Positions 1 to 9,526 are shown, counted from the first letter of the stretch. The stretch is DNA of 32,812 bases from Nitrososphaeraceae archaeon (GCA_035297365.1 DATGZA010000047.1:1-32812); one strand, 5' to 3'. The notes: generated by a model from the sequence alone, not told the origin. Made by a program: numbers and translations.

Positions 1-111
1 ATCTATTGGAATACTTCTGCAAATGAATATTTTGAAGTTCTAACACAAAAAAACATATCTGTACTAACAAGCCATGTACTACCAGTACCAGACAATCAGC
101 AACAAGTATGA
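1..111 (+). CDS. 3' end of a hypothetical protein (partial, starts before the window)
   Basis: Frame 1 is open from base 1 (IYWNTSANEYFEVLTQKNISVLTSHVLPVPDNQQQV) to TGA at 109-111, which overlaps the next ATG (ATGA). Confidence 0.45.
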   Translation: MYWNTSANEYFEVLTQKNISVLTSHVLPVPDNQQQV

Positions 112-449
112 CGACTACTAATACTTAACCAACTTTTTACAGTAAAAAACTGAGTATTAAACCAAAAAAGCCTAATTCCTTTGAGTTATTGCAGGGTTCA
201 ATATTACAGGTTCAAAAACAATATGAGATATTATCTGACATTGTAATAGACATAGGAGGTAAAGTTCATGATTTACAGAGGGATAGAGATACAAGAACCG
301 GATTGTTTGACTTACTCGTTTATTATGAAGTTCCAGAAGGTAAAAGAGACGAACTAAAAAGCAAATTTGAGTTTATCAGAAACAAACCTTCTTCATCTAC
401 TAATGCTGTTGGTACCTATACTCCAAGCGGTAGCAGTATCGTGGCCTAA
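108..449 (+). pseudogene. Hypothetical protein with a premature TAA at codon 7 (ORF track shows only 189..449)
   Basis: ATG108 overlaps the upstream stop and is in frame with ORF 189..449. It reads MTTTNT*PTFYSKKLSIKPKKPNSFELLQGS..., with a single TAA at 126-128. Confidence 0.55.
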
Positions 450-698
450 TTGTATACAATCAAGACAAAAAATCTTCTGTGACTTCTGTGACTTATGTTA
501 TTGCTGGGAGTAGTAATGTCTCTAGAGTAATGAATTAATTAACAAAAAAAAAGAATGGTAGATAAATTTAGTCCTATCCTATGGAATCAAAAGGTACTCT
601 TTCTTGGTTGTTATGGTTGAAGTTGAGGCATATATTTACTAGATTCTTTTCGAAGTTTATTCTATCCAGTCCATTACCATTTTGTGTATTTGCAGTAA

Positions 699-889
699 TT
701 GGGAAATTTCAAAGTAAGAGAAAATGAGATATTACTGCACTAGTAGGAGATTTCGTGAACTATAGATTTACTGAAAAGGAAGTATTATTTTATATCAAAA
801 CAAGGTTAGGAGGTAAAGAGACATCACCAGAAACATATTATCGTCGTAAGAAAAATATTGACTCTAGAAATTATCCAAATGAGAATTGA
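699..889 (+). pseudogene. Frameshifted small mobile-element protein (MGNFKVRENEIL / TALVGDFVNYRFTEKEVLFYIKTRLGGKETSPETYYRRKK...), possibly helix-turn-helix
   Basis: Two overlapping frames join into a plausible basic helical protein. The N-terminus is paralogous to the ORF at 1149. Confidence 0.45.
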
Positions 890-1148
890 GAAGATATGGT
901 GGTGGCAATCTATAAAAAATTGTTAATTTTAGTTAGTGCGTTAGTATGGAAGGAAAAAGAGCAAAATAACAAAAATAATTGCAGCAAGTGTTGACAAAAT
1001 TACAAGAGTAGTTGACTTCATAATAGTATATTATACATTGTATTATTTTTGTTTTTTTATATTAAAGTTTTTGTATGATGATGACGAATAAGAATTACAG
1101 AGAGAAGAGAATAAAAGTGTCTTTATACATGAGGTGAATAGCAAGTAA

Positions 1149-1250
1149 ATGGGAAATTTTACAGATAAAGAAAATCAGATACTAATGTCCTTAGTTTTAG
1201 AGTTGAAAAACCAGAATATAAATTCGATGTCAAATTTTAGGTGGTCCTAG
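1149..1250 (+). pseudogene. Truncated paralog of the 699..889 gene (MGNFTDKENQILMSLVLELK...)
   Basis: SD-like GAGGTGA at 1131-1137. DNA and protein similarity to 699-735 is lost after about 16 codons. Confidence 0.4.
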
Positions 1251-1286
1251 AGCATTCCCAGCCAAAAAATCAACAGATACATGATT

Positions 1287-1373
1287 TTAGTTACATAGAG
1301 AAATGTTATTTATCGACTTTGGAACTTCCCTCTGGCTGTAGCCCTCCGATGAAAGCTCCAATATCTGAGAATT
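1287..1373 (-). pseudogene. Fragment of an HTH protein (SQILELSSEGYSQREV)
   Basis: Matches the recalled 'VLELSSxGYSxREIA' HTH start common in thaumarchaeal mobile-element proteins. No start codon, short. Confidence 0.3.
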
Positions 1374-1410
1374 TTATTCTCTAGTCTAGTCGCAATCTGT
1401 TCATGTCACT

Positions 1411-1851
1411 TCATTCTTTTCCTTCAAAAATCCAGTGCTGTGTGTTGTTGCCCGGGTTGCCCGACTTTTCCGGCCGGGTGACGACCTGGAAGTCCTTTGT
1501 CTTAGAGAGGTATGCGTCGAGGAACCGACCGTTGCTGGCCTGTCGAAGGGTGAACCCACCAGTGCTGAGGATATCGAAATGCCACAACTGCGTATTGTTC
1601 TCCTGTCGCGGGCGGGTGACCACGCGGAAGTCCTGACCTGGGATCTCGTGTGCATCGAGGAAGCGGCCACTGGATACCTAATGGAAGCGACACAGGTTTC
1701 CATGCTCCCGCGTCATAATCCAGAGCTGCGTATTGTTCTCCTGTCGCGGGCGGGTGACCACGCGGAAGTCGAGACTCGGGATCTCGTGTGCATCGAGGAA
1801 GCGGCCACTGGCCTGCTGTATAAAAGCTACGACTCTCTTTGAATTTGTCAT
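1411..1851 (-). pseudogene. Ricin-B-like beta-trefoil (QxW) lectin, 146 codons, with an in-frame TAG at 1678-1680
   Basis: Manual translation from ATG1851: MTNSKRVVAFIQQASGRFLDAHEIPSLDFRVVTRPRQENNTQLWIMTREHGNLCRFH*VSSGRFLDAHEIPGQDFRVVTRPRQENNTQLWHFDILSTGGFTLRQASNGRFLDAYLSKTKDFQVVTRPEKSGNPGNNTQHWIFEGKE. Three repeats of about 46 aa, each with GRFLDA...NNTQxW. Confidence 0.8.
1588..1811. repeat. 86-bp direct repeat (1588-1673 and 1726-1811), 82/86 identical, period 138 bp
   Basis: Direct comparison. Corresponds to two of the three lectin subdomains. Confidence 0.95.
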
Positions 1852-1871
1852 GCTTGTATTATAGGAAAGAA

Positions 1872-1890
1872 AATATTAAAAATATCGGTT
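1872..1890 (-). promoter_or_regulatory. Putative archaeal BRE/TATA promoter of the lectin gene (leaderless)
   Basis: Minus strand AACCGATATTTTTAATATT, with the TATA-like core about 27 bp upstream of ATG1851. Confidence 0.4.
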
Positions 1891-1955
1891 TCAATACTCA
1901 CAATCGATTGCAAGTTAAGGATCTGAATACAGAATCCTTCACGTTGAATTCTAGT

Positions 1956-2312
1956 CTAGAATACTCCGTATGTATTTGCCTCATCTTCTTCTGCTCCCGC
2001 TTCTGGTTTTCTAATATTGTTGAGATATTCTAGTATATCGTCTTTAGTGATATGGTAAAAGGTTTTTTTATGTTCAAAGAATTTGGATAAATGTACAGGT
2101 CTTTTTATTTTGGTTTCTTTTGTTGAATCTTTTATATTCAATTCGTTCTGTTCTGCAGTTATATAATCACAGATTATTTTAACATTAATAGGATTGGTTT
2201 GAACAAGTTCATTTAATGTCTTTGAAATATAAGGTTTTAGATATATTGTAAGAGATTTTATTTTTCTTGTCAGTTTTTCTCGTTCTTCTATTTCTATGAC
2301 TTTTGGGCCCAT
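1956..2312 (-). pseudogene. Tyrosine integrase N-terminal (core-binding/SAM-like) fragment, catalytic domain missing
   Basis: IICDYITAEQNELNIKDSTKETKIKR...FYHITKDDILEYLNNIRKP resembles the N-termini of tRNA-adjacent thaumarchaeal integrases. Likely start ATG2312. Sequence diverges near 2000 and has no R-H-R-Y catalytic region. Confidence 0.7.
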
Positions 2313-2382
2313 TTTTCTTGTAACTATAAGAGGGGTTTGACGTCTTAAAATAAAAACATATGCTATAAACCCGTGAATTGAG

Positions 2383-2457
2383 TGGAGGGGATGGGATTCG
2401 AACCCATGACCACCTGCGTGTAAGGCAGGTATCCTAACCAGTCTAGACAACCCCTCC
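2383..2457 (-). tRNA. tRNA-Val (anticodon TAC), intronless, CCA not encoded
   Basis: GGAGGGG/CCCCTCC acceptor stem, anticodon arm CCTGC-CTTACAC-GCAGG, T arm ATGGG-TTCGAAT-CCCAT. Confidence 0.97.
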
Positions 2458-3514
2458 ACATTATTATAATCTTAATAGTTGAACTGTTTGATACATCGAT
2501 ATTAATAGTTTTTATCAGAAATTTATTGAATATATAAATTTAATAAATGATTTTATGAAATTTTGTTTTATATATTCAGTTTTTAAATCATTTAAGAGTT
2601 AAAATTGTAAATACAACTTATTTGATCATATCTGATATAACAATCAAAAAAATAAAACTAAAAAATTCTATTTTAGTTTTATTACAGCATATTAGAAAAT
2701 TTTGATTCATTCTATTGTATAATATTAATTTTAAGTTGTGGAAAGTTCTTTTTATCAAACAAGATAATTTATTTTAAATTGATTTAGAAACAAAACACTA
2801 GTTATATATCTGATATTAAATTAAAAGCTGTTTTCAGAGTGATGATTAATTAAAAAGATTATTTTTTGCAAATATATAATAAAATGACAAGCTATTTTAA
2901 TAAATATAGATGTATTTCATTGGCATTTTATATAAAAATAAAATATAGTATTAAGCACCAAGTTTAAATGAAATAAGATATATTCACTAAAAATTGATGA
3001 ATTATCAATAAACAAATGATTGTTAAATTAAGTCTACATAATATTTCAGCGAATATTACAAATTAAATTATGATGACGCAAACAAAAAAATTTGAATGAG
3101 ATATCAATCATGGAAAATCATAATTTTTTTCGATATACAGTTATGATATGTTTACAATCGATTTCATTATTTGACTCCAATTTCTGTTTTTCTATTAAAA
3201 TTTTGCTATTTGGTAGAATAGATGTTTAATAAAACAAAATAAAACTTTTCTCTTTTTGCTTCAACAGTAATATATTATTAAAATTGTGATATGAATATTA
3301 TATCTAAATAACATTCAAGCTTATTATAAAAGTCTTAAATTTATTGAATAGCAAATATTGTAACAAAGTATTAAATTGGATATTTTGTTCTATCACTCAA
3401 TTTTGAAATAAAAGATTTCTAAATTTATTATAATATTCCATATGTTAGAGCTATTCTTGAGTATTTATAATACAATATTTTTAAATTGGGAAACGGAATC
3501 CACAGAATATAATA

Positions 3515-4846
3515 ATGACTGCAAAAGAATCATACGAAAAAATCTTTGAATTAATGAAAAGTCATCACGATTGGTTTAATAATTCTATTCCACTAATTGC
3601 TAGTGAGAATGTTCCCAGTACTGCCGTAAGAGAGGCTATAATATCCGATTTTGGAAATAGGTATGCAGAAGGATGGCCTGGAGAAAGGGTGTATGCCGGT
3701 TGTATTTTCATAGATCAAGTAGAGATTATTTGTAATGATCTAGCAAGAAAGGTGTTCAAAGCAGAATTTGCAGATTGTAGAGCTACTTCAGGGGTAGTAG
3801 CAAATCTTGCAATCTATTCTGGATTTACATATCCTGGTGATTACATGCTAGCAACGTCTATTCCTAATGGTGGACATATTTCTCATGGAAAGAAGGAACA
3901 TTATGGTACTGCAGGTCATGTATGTGGATTAAATATCGAATATTTTCCATTTTCAAGAGATGAAATGACGATTGATATAGATGCTACAAAAAAGAAGATT
4001 TTGGATATGGATAAAGATGGTAAGTCTCCAAAAATGGTAATGTTTGGTGGCAGTTTATTTCTTTTTCCTCATCCAGTAAAGGAATTATCTGAATTTATGC
4101 ACGAGCGTAAGATGTATGTAAATTATGATGGAGCTCATGTCGCTGGACTTATAGCAGGTGGCCAGTTCCAAGATCCATTAAGAGAAGGCGTTGATTCTAT
4201 GACAATGAGTTCGCACAAAACTTTATGGGGACCACAGGGGGGAATAATAGTATCACTAGAAAAACATTCTGAGATCATTAAAAAATCGATATTTCCAGGA
4301 AATACTAGCAGTCATCATTTGCATCATGTTGCAGGTAAGGCGATAGCATTAGCAGAAGTTATGGAATTTGGTGAAGACTATGCTAAACAAGTCATAAAAA
4401 ATGCTAAAAAATTGGCTGAAACTCTTGTTGAATGTGGATTTACTGTTTTGGGTGAAAAAAAAGGATATACACAATCACATCAAATTGCAGTTGATGTTTC
4501 AAAATATGGAGATGGAGGAACAATTGAAAAAGAACTTGAAAAATCGAATATCATTTTGAATAGACAATTACTTCCTGGAGATATTAAAGCAGGCAGACAT
4601 TATATGCATCCAAGCGGCGTTAGAATTGGAGCTAATGAGGTCACAAGATTAGGAATGAAGGAAAGTGAAATGATAGAAATTGCTACTTTTATAAAAAGAG
4701 TAGTAATCGATAAAGAAGATGCTATTAGCGTAAAGAAGGATGTTACTGAATTCAAGAAACAATATCAACAATTGCATTATGTTTTTGATGGACAGCTAGA
4801 TGCATATAAATATATTAGTTTAGTAAAACAAAACCAAAAAGATTAA
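3515..4846 (+). CDS. glyA: Serine hydroxymethyltransferase
   Basis: Motifs LIASEN, RYAEG, GGHISHG, DGAH, PLP-lysine SSHKTLWGPQGG, SGVRIG. Confidence 0.97.
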   Translation: MTAKESYEKIFELMKSHHDWFNNSIPLIASENVPSTAVREAIISDFGNRYAEGWPGERVYAGCIFIDQVEIICNDLARKVFKAEFADCRATSGVVANLAIYSGFTYPGDYMLATSIPNGGHISHGKKEHYGTAGHVCGLNIEYFPFSRDEMTIDIDATKKKILDMDKDGKSPKMVMFGGSLFLFPHPVKELSEFMHERKMYVNYDGAHVAGLIAGGQFQDPLREGVDSMTMSSHKTLWGPQGGIIVSLEKHSEIIKKSIFPGNTSSHHLHHVAGKAIALAEVMEFGEDYAKQVIKNAKKLAETLVECGFTVLGEKKGYTQSHQIAVDVSKYGDGGTIEKELEKSNIILNRQLLPGDIKAGRHYMHPSGVRIGANEVTRLGMKESEMIEIATFIKRVVIDKEDAISVKKDVTEFKKQYQQLHYVFDGQLDAYKYISLVKQNQKD

Positions 4847-5051
4847 AAAATTATTTCTTTTTTATTCTATATGAAAATAATAAACTTTCATAAATTAATT
4901 ATAAAATGAAAAAATTTCGTGTATTCTGTAAACGATTATTGTATATTTTTAAATTTATACAATTAAGTATTTCCTTAATATTTAAAAGTTATTATTTATC
5001 CATTACAGAGGTAGCTTATTTTGAGTACAGTATTTCCATTAAAATACTAGA

Positions 5052-8000
5052 TTACTCAATAAAGTCAAAAAGTGAAGATTGTGAATTTTTGACTATTTCT
5101 TTTTCTTTGAAAACATAGCCTAGCTCGATGACAAGTGATTCTATTCTGCTTGAAAGATAATCACTCATTTTAAACCTTTTATTTATATCCAATGCGATAT
5201 GAACATATTTTTCAACAGAATTTCTTGTTACAGTTTGTATTAGATTGTTTCCACATCCTAGACATTTACCCATTAAAGGAATTCTTCTATACTTTTCTCC
5301 GCACCTAGTACATCTAAATGATTGTGATGAATATGAACGCATATTCCCCATAATATCTGGTATTATATGAGTAGTTAAAACCATGGATGCAACTTCGTCT
5401 GGATCTACAGCATTGATTATCTTGGCAGTAGAAATTTGCATTTCCAATTTTTCGTTCATTGTAGTTAATGTAGAATATGCACTATGCTGTATCTCAGTGG
5501 TCAATGTATTAGTATAGTGAGTAAATGAATAATTATAGAATTGTAATTCGGAATCAATTCTGTTTTTAATAATTTCTATTTCATTGACTAGACTTTCTGC
5601 CTTACTATGTTTAAATGATTTTTCGTATAATTGCAGTGGATAATTTGATACAATATCAATATTTAGTGCTTGTCTTTGTACTTCATGGGGTAAAACTATT
5701 GGTTGAATTAATAACGGAGCATCCATTAATCCCCCTATCTTATCCGGAAGGAATTCTTTTGAGAAGTTCAAACATACATCCATTAATAACATGATAGAAT
5801 CAGCATCTCCATCACAATCTCTGCGTTTTGCAGAATGCCATATAGGTGATGCTAAACATACTTGCGAATTTGTGTATCCTATAATTCTACCAATAATCCC
5901 TACAGAAGTATGAGGTGCCAAGCCCACTATGATATGTCCTATCAAATCATCTACAGAGGATGCATTATAAAATGGAGAGAGTCCGTATAGTTTTACAAGC
6001 TCGTTATCTATATATTTAGATACATCAAGTAAATGTTTTGCAGTATCTAATGGTATAACAACATCTTGACTAAATATTTCAATCAACTGATCTTCAGAAT
6101 TTAGATCTTTGCCAAGATGATCTATTTCATATCCTAATTCTTTTAACTTTTCTGGATTACTCATTATACACTTAGGAATAATATGAGTTAATGGTTCGTT
6201 GGTTGCATCATAACGTATTGTGCCATCTTTGAAAGCATAAAGATTGAATGTTTGTCTTAAGATCCCTTTTTCAATTGGCTCAGCAGATCTATTTTTACCC
6301 ATTAAAAGTTTTACTCCTTTCAATGGTTCTTTAGCTTGAATTTGCAATTTTGTTTGTGCTTCTTCTAAAATTTTTCTAAGAGGGTATTTCATTGGGGAAT
6401 ATGTTTTCCCTTCTTTCTTACATTTACTGCATTTATTGTTGGAATATTTATGGTCTTTGGAAGTTAAATGAGATATAGGTTCTCTACAGATTTTACAAAG
6501 AGTTTTTATTATAGTATCAGAAAAACATATTCTGCATCTAGCACCAAGTGACGGTCTTTTACATTTATCACAATAACGATTTGCAATTTCTGTATAGAGA
6601 ATTTCTTCTTTTGATGCTTTAATAAGATCTCTAGTAGCTCCTCCTTTATTTCCAACTGGAAATAAAACATGAACTGGAGGTTTCATTTTCCTCTCTGCTG
6701 CTTTTTCTGGACGTCCTACTCGTACGGCAATGGATGAAGCAAATTTTTGTTTAACAGTTATCCCAGATATTTCAAATACATAATCATGTGTTGATATTTT
6801 AGTTGGTAATTGTTGTACATCTATATTGTTTTTATCTTGGTAAAGTAGTTTATACAGAGAATTTACTTGATTTATATCATTCAGAACAATCAATTGTCCA
6901 TCATTTTTCAATGAATGAACTACCCCTAAACGTTCAAGTATATCCTTTAATTTGTGTTGATAATCAAGTTCAAGTGATTCAAAGTGTTGAATTGCTTGGC
7001 CGATATCAGCAGTGTTGAATAGTTTAACAAGTTCTTTTTGTAAGAGTAAAAGTTCATCTATTGATATTGACTCCCAATAAAATGAATATTTTGGATGCAG
7101 AGCAAGTTTCAAGGATTTACTAAGTTGAAATGCTTCTTTTATTGTAGGAATTTCTTTAAAAGGATTATATGCTAGATCTATTAATCTCTGTTTGGTAGGT
7201 AACTTATTATTAACAAAATTATCTTCATTTTCAAAGATTTTATTCAAATGGGATTTTAATTCTAACGTCCATAATTCCTCTACATAAGAGGCTGGAAGTA
7301 ATTTTGCATTATTTTCTAAAAAGTCACCATAACTAATTAGAATATCGCCTAAATACAAAATTTTTTCTACTCTTTTTTGGAGTTCTAATGCTTGTTCTAT
7401 TGTAGAAACATATGTAACAGTTCCATCATCTAGTTTAACCAATGGAGGCTCTAATGAATCTACGAGAGCTATTGTAGATGCCTTTCCAGGTGTATCAATT
7501 TTAATCTGAGTTCCAACAACTACTGCATAATTTAATAAAACTGGAATAACAGGATGAATTCCGATGGTTGAAAAACCAGTATTATAACAACGACCATATC
7601 TTAATCTGAAGCCACCGATCTTCTTTGACATTGACAACACAGGTCTTCCGGTTATTACTTCAGACATTCTGTGGTGGACTGTATCATCTTCAGTAACACC
7701 TTCTTTTTGTATAGCTCCTTTTAGATCTTTTAGCCAATCCCATCCCTCCAATCCTAAACTATCTATTAATTTTAATAATTTTCTACTTCTTCCTATCAGA
7801 CCATCATTCATTACTCTGAGCGCTCCTCCTCGTACTCGATCTGTGTTTATTCTTTTCATACTTCTATGTCCAATTATTTCTACTGGATCGGTATCTACAC
7901 CATCTAATTCAACTGGTAAATTGGCTATACATTTAATGACGTCTTCATCTAATGTTTTAAATTGAAAATTCCCAACTTCACGTTCATATATACGTAATTC

Positions 8001-8606
8001 TTCCACAAATCTTCCTGTTTCATCATCAAATGAATTTGCTTGATATTTTTCTAGACCTACTACTTTTCTAACATGATCGGCAATTAGCATTGTCAATGCT
8101 GCTTCTGTACCACCTGCTGATCTAATAGGTCCTGCAAATGATACAGAAAGATATTGACTACCATCAGCATTCGTTTTAATTTGAACATCGGAAATTCCTT
8201 GTATTGGTGCAACTGTCACTGCTTCAGTAACAATTGCAAGACTTACACGTACAGCATTATCCAATCTGGTTCTGAGATCATCAGTACCATATTCTCCTAG
8301 CGCAATTTGTTCTGAAATCTTTAAAGCAGCTTTTTCCTTTGTTGTTTGTGATAATAAGATACGTAATCGTTCCGTGATATCAATGTCATGCATCTTTGCA
8401 ACCCTATCTGCTAAATCATAAACTATTTGTGATTCTATAGTTGTTGTTACATCTATTCCTTGATTACGAGCCTGACCTGCTATATTATAAATATTATAGA
8501 CTGATTCTAGAATAGATGTATGATATCTTTCATAAAATAATGGTCTTTTTAACTTTTTTAATTCATGGATGGAGTTCTCATCTAAAAATGAAAAGGTATT
8601 ATTCAT
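5052..8606 (-). CDS. polC: DNA polymerase D large subunit DP2
   Basis: FAGPIRSAGGT, RLRYGR, RVGRPEKA, catalytic KRRDCDGDAD, GGLMDAPL, C-terminal FRCxxC...CxxC zinc finger. 1184 aa, no intein evident. Confidence 0.97.
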   Translation of the reverse strand: MNNTFSFLDENSIHELKKLKRPLFYERYHTSILESVYNIYNIAGQARNQGIDVTTTIESQIVYDLADRVAKMHDIDITERLRILLSQTTKEKAALKISEQIALGEYGTDDLRTRLDNAVRVSLAIVTEAVTVAPIQGISDVQIKTNADGSQYLSVSFAGPIRSAGGTEAALTMLIADHVRKVVGLEKYQANSFDDETGRFVEELRIYEREVGNFQFKTLDEDVIKCIANLPVELDGVDTDPVEIIGHRSMKRINTDRVRGGALRVMNDGLIGRSRKLLKLIDSLGLEGWDWLKDLKGAIQKEGVTEDDTVHHRMSEVITGRPVLSMSKKIGGFRLRYGRCYNTGFSTIGIHPVIPVLLNYAVVVGTQIKIDTPGKASTIALVDSLEPPLVKLDDGTVTYVSTIEQALELQKRVEKILYLGDILISYGDFLENNAKLLPASYVEELWTLELKSHLNKIFENEDNFVNNKLPTKQRLIDLAYNPFKEIPTIKEAFQLSKSLKLALHPKYSFYWESISIDELLLLQKELVKLFNTADIGQAIQHFESLELDYQHKLKDILERLGVVHSLKNDGQLIVLNDINQVNSLYKLLYQDKNNIDVQQLPTKISTHDYVFEISGITVKQKFASSIAVRVGRPEKAAERKMKPPVHVLFPVGNKGGATRDLIKASKEEILYTEIANRYCDKCKRPSLGARCRICFSDTIIKTLCKICREPISHLTSKDHKYSNNKCSKCKKEGKTYSPMKYPLRKILEEAQTKLQIQAKEPLKGVKLLMGKNRSAEPIEKGILRQTFNLYAFKDGTIRYDATNEPLTHIIPKCIMSNPEKLKELGYEIDHLGKDLNSEDQLIEIFSQDVVIPLDTAKHLLDVSKYIDNELVKLYGLSPFYNASSVDDLIGHIIVGLAPHTSVGIIGRIIGYTNSQVCLASPIWHSAKRRDCDGDADSIMLLMDVCLNFSKEFLPDKIGGLMDAPLLIQPIVLPHEVQRQALNIDIVSNYPLQLYEKSFKHSKAESLVNEIEIIKNRIDSELQFYNYSFTHYTNTLTTEIQHSAYSTLTTMNEKLEMQISTAKIINAVDPDEVASMVLTTHIIPDIMGNMRSYSSQSFRCTRCGEKYRRIPLMGKCLGCGNNLIQTVTRNSVEKYVHIALDINKRFKMSDYLSSRIESLVIELGYVFKEKEIVKNSQSSLFDFIE

Positions 8607-9340
8607 TTCGTGATTGCTTGAATAATTTTGAATAGTTTTTTCTCCCAGTTATCGTCATCTTCAATCATTGTTCCAACTACGATAATATCAGCACCAGCAT
8701 CTGCGATCTTTTTTGCAATTTCTGGACTGCGGATACCACCTCCTACTATTAGGATTCCTTCATAGTATTTTTTAACTGCTGATACCATTTCAGGAGAAAC
8801 ATTCTGATTTGCACCTGAACCTGCTTCAAGATATAGAAATCTCATACCAAGATATTGAGCGGCTAGTGAATACATGACAGCTAGATTTAATTTATTAAAT
8901 GGGATACCTTTAGCCTGCCCGATGAACCATGCAGTAGTTCCTTCTCCGATGATTAAATAACCTGTTGGCAAAGCTTCCAATCCAGATTTTTTCACTCCAA
9001 TTGCACCTAATGCCTGTGCTCCAGTTATAAAATAGGGGTTTTCTGAATTTAAAAGTGACATGAATAATATTGCATCAGCATATGGTGATATTCCTGTGAT
9101 GTTACCAGGAAATAATATCACAGGGATTTTAATTGACGATTTTAATTTTGATATCACTTCAGATAACTCAATTTGATCACTAACTGATGAACCGCCAACT
9201 AAAATGGCTGAAGCGCCTAATTGTTCAGCTTTTTTGGCTACAGTTAGCGAATCAAGTGTATTTTCTGAATCGATCAAAGGAAAACAAAGAGTTCCCTTTT
9301 TTTTCCTTTCACTTAAAATATATTTTTCAATTTTATTCAA
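8603..9340 (-). CDS. Geranylgeranylglyceryl phosphate (GGGP) synthase, PcrB family
   Basis: ILVGGS, ILFPG, SLLNS, YLEAGSGA, VGGGIR, IVVGT motifs. 4-bp ATGA overlap with polC. Confidence 0.95.
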   Translation of the reverse strand: MNKIEKYILSERKKKGTLCFPLIDSENTLDSLTVAKKAEQLGASAILVGGSSVSDQIELSEVISKLKSSIKIPVILFPGNITGISPYADAILFMSLLNSENPYFITGAQALGAIGVKKSGLEALPTGYLIIGEGTTAWFIGQAKGIPFNKLNLAVMYSLAAQYLGMRFLYLEAGSGANQNVSPEMVSAVKKYYEGILIVGGGIRSPEIAKKIADAGADIIVVGTMIEDDDNWEKKLFKIIQAITK

Positions 9341-9526
9341 GATTATAATGGGATCGTATAAAGATATTTGCTGACGTAAAATATGTTTTCGGTTTTGAAA
9401 TTAGTAGAATTTGATTAATAGTATTGACTTGAGTAATTCAAATCATTAAATGCAAAAGAATTCATAAAATTGATATTTTTAATAGGAAAATTATTATGAT
9501 AACTAGTTTTTATTTACTATACAGAT

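Larger units (their letters stand above)
1..2382. mobile_element. Decayed tRNA-Val-associated integrated element / genomic island (left end outside the window)
   Basis: Lies directly 3' of tRNA-Val. Begins with an integrase N-terminal fragment and contains several disrupted ORFs and a GC-discordant gene. No second att copy is visible in the window. Confidence 0.65.

Noticed and set aside
1678-1680. Pyrrolysine recoding of the TAG
   Set aside because: No pyl genes in the window, the aligned residue is Gln, and neighbouring genes are also decaying.
1588-1811. Diversity-generating retroelement TR/VR pair
   Set aside because: The four mismatches are not confined to adenines of one copy, both copies are in-frame subdomains of one gene, and no reverse transcriptase is in the window.
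1401-2033. ORF-track calls 1401..1703, 1403..1636, 1435..1842, 1502..1693 and 1839..2033
   Set aside because: Shadow frames of the GC-rich lectin gene and the integrase remnant. Only the 1851-1411 minus frame gives a recognisable motif pattern.
2313-2459. N-terminal 49 aa of ORF 1956..2459 as real protein
   Set aside because: It largely overlaps the tRNA gene, and ATG2312 is a more plausible start.
2460-3514. 1-kb very AT-rich spacer as ncRNA or second origin
   Set aside because: No ORB, stable stem or recognisable coding remnant found by eye. It probably holds the divergent tRNA and glyA promoters.
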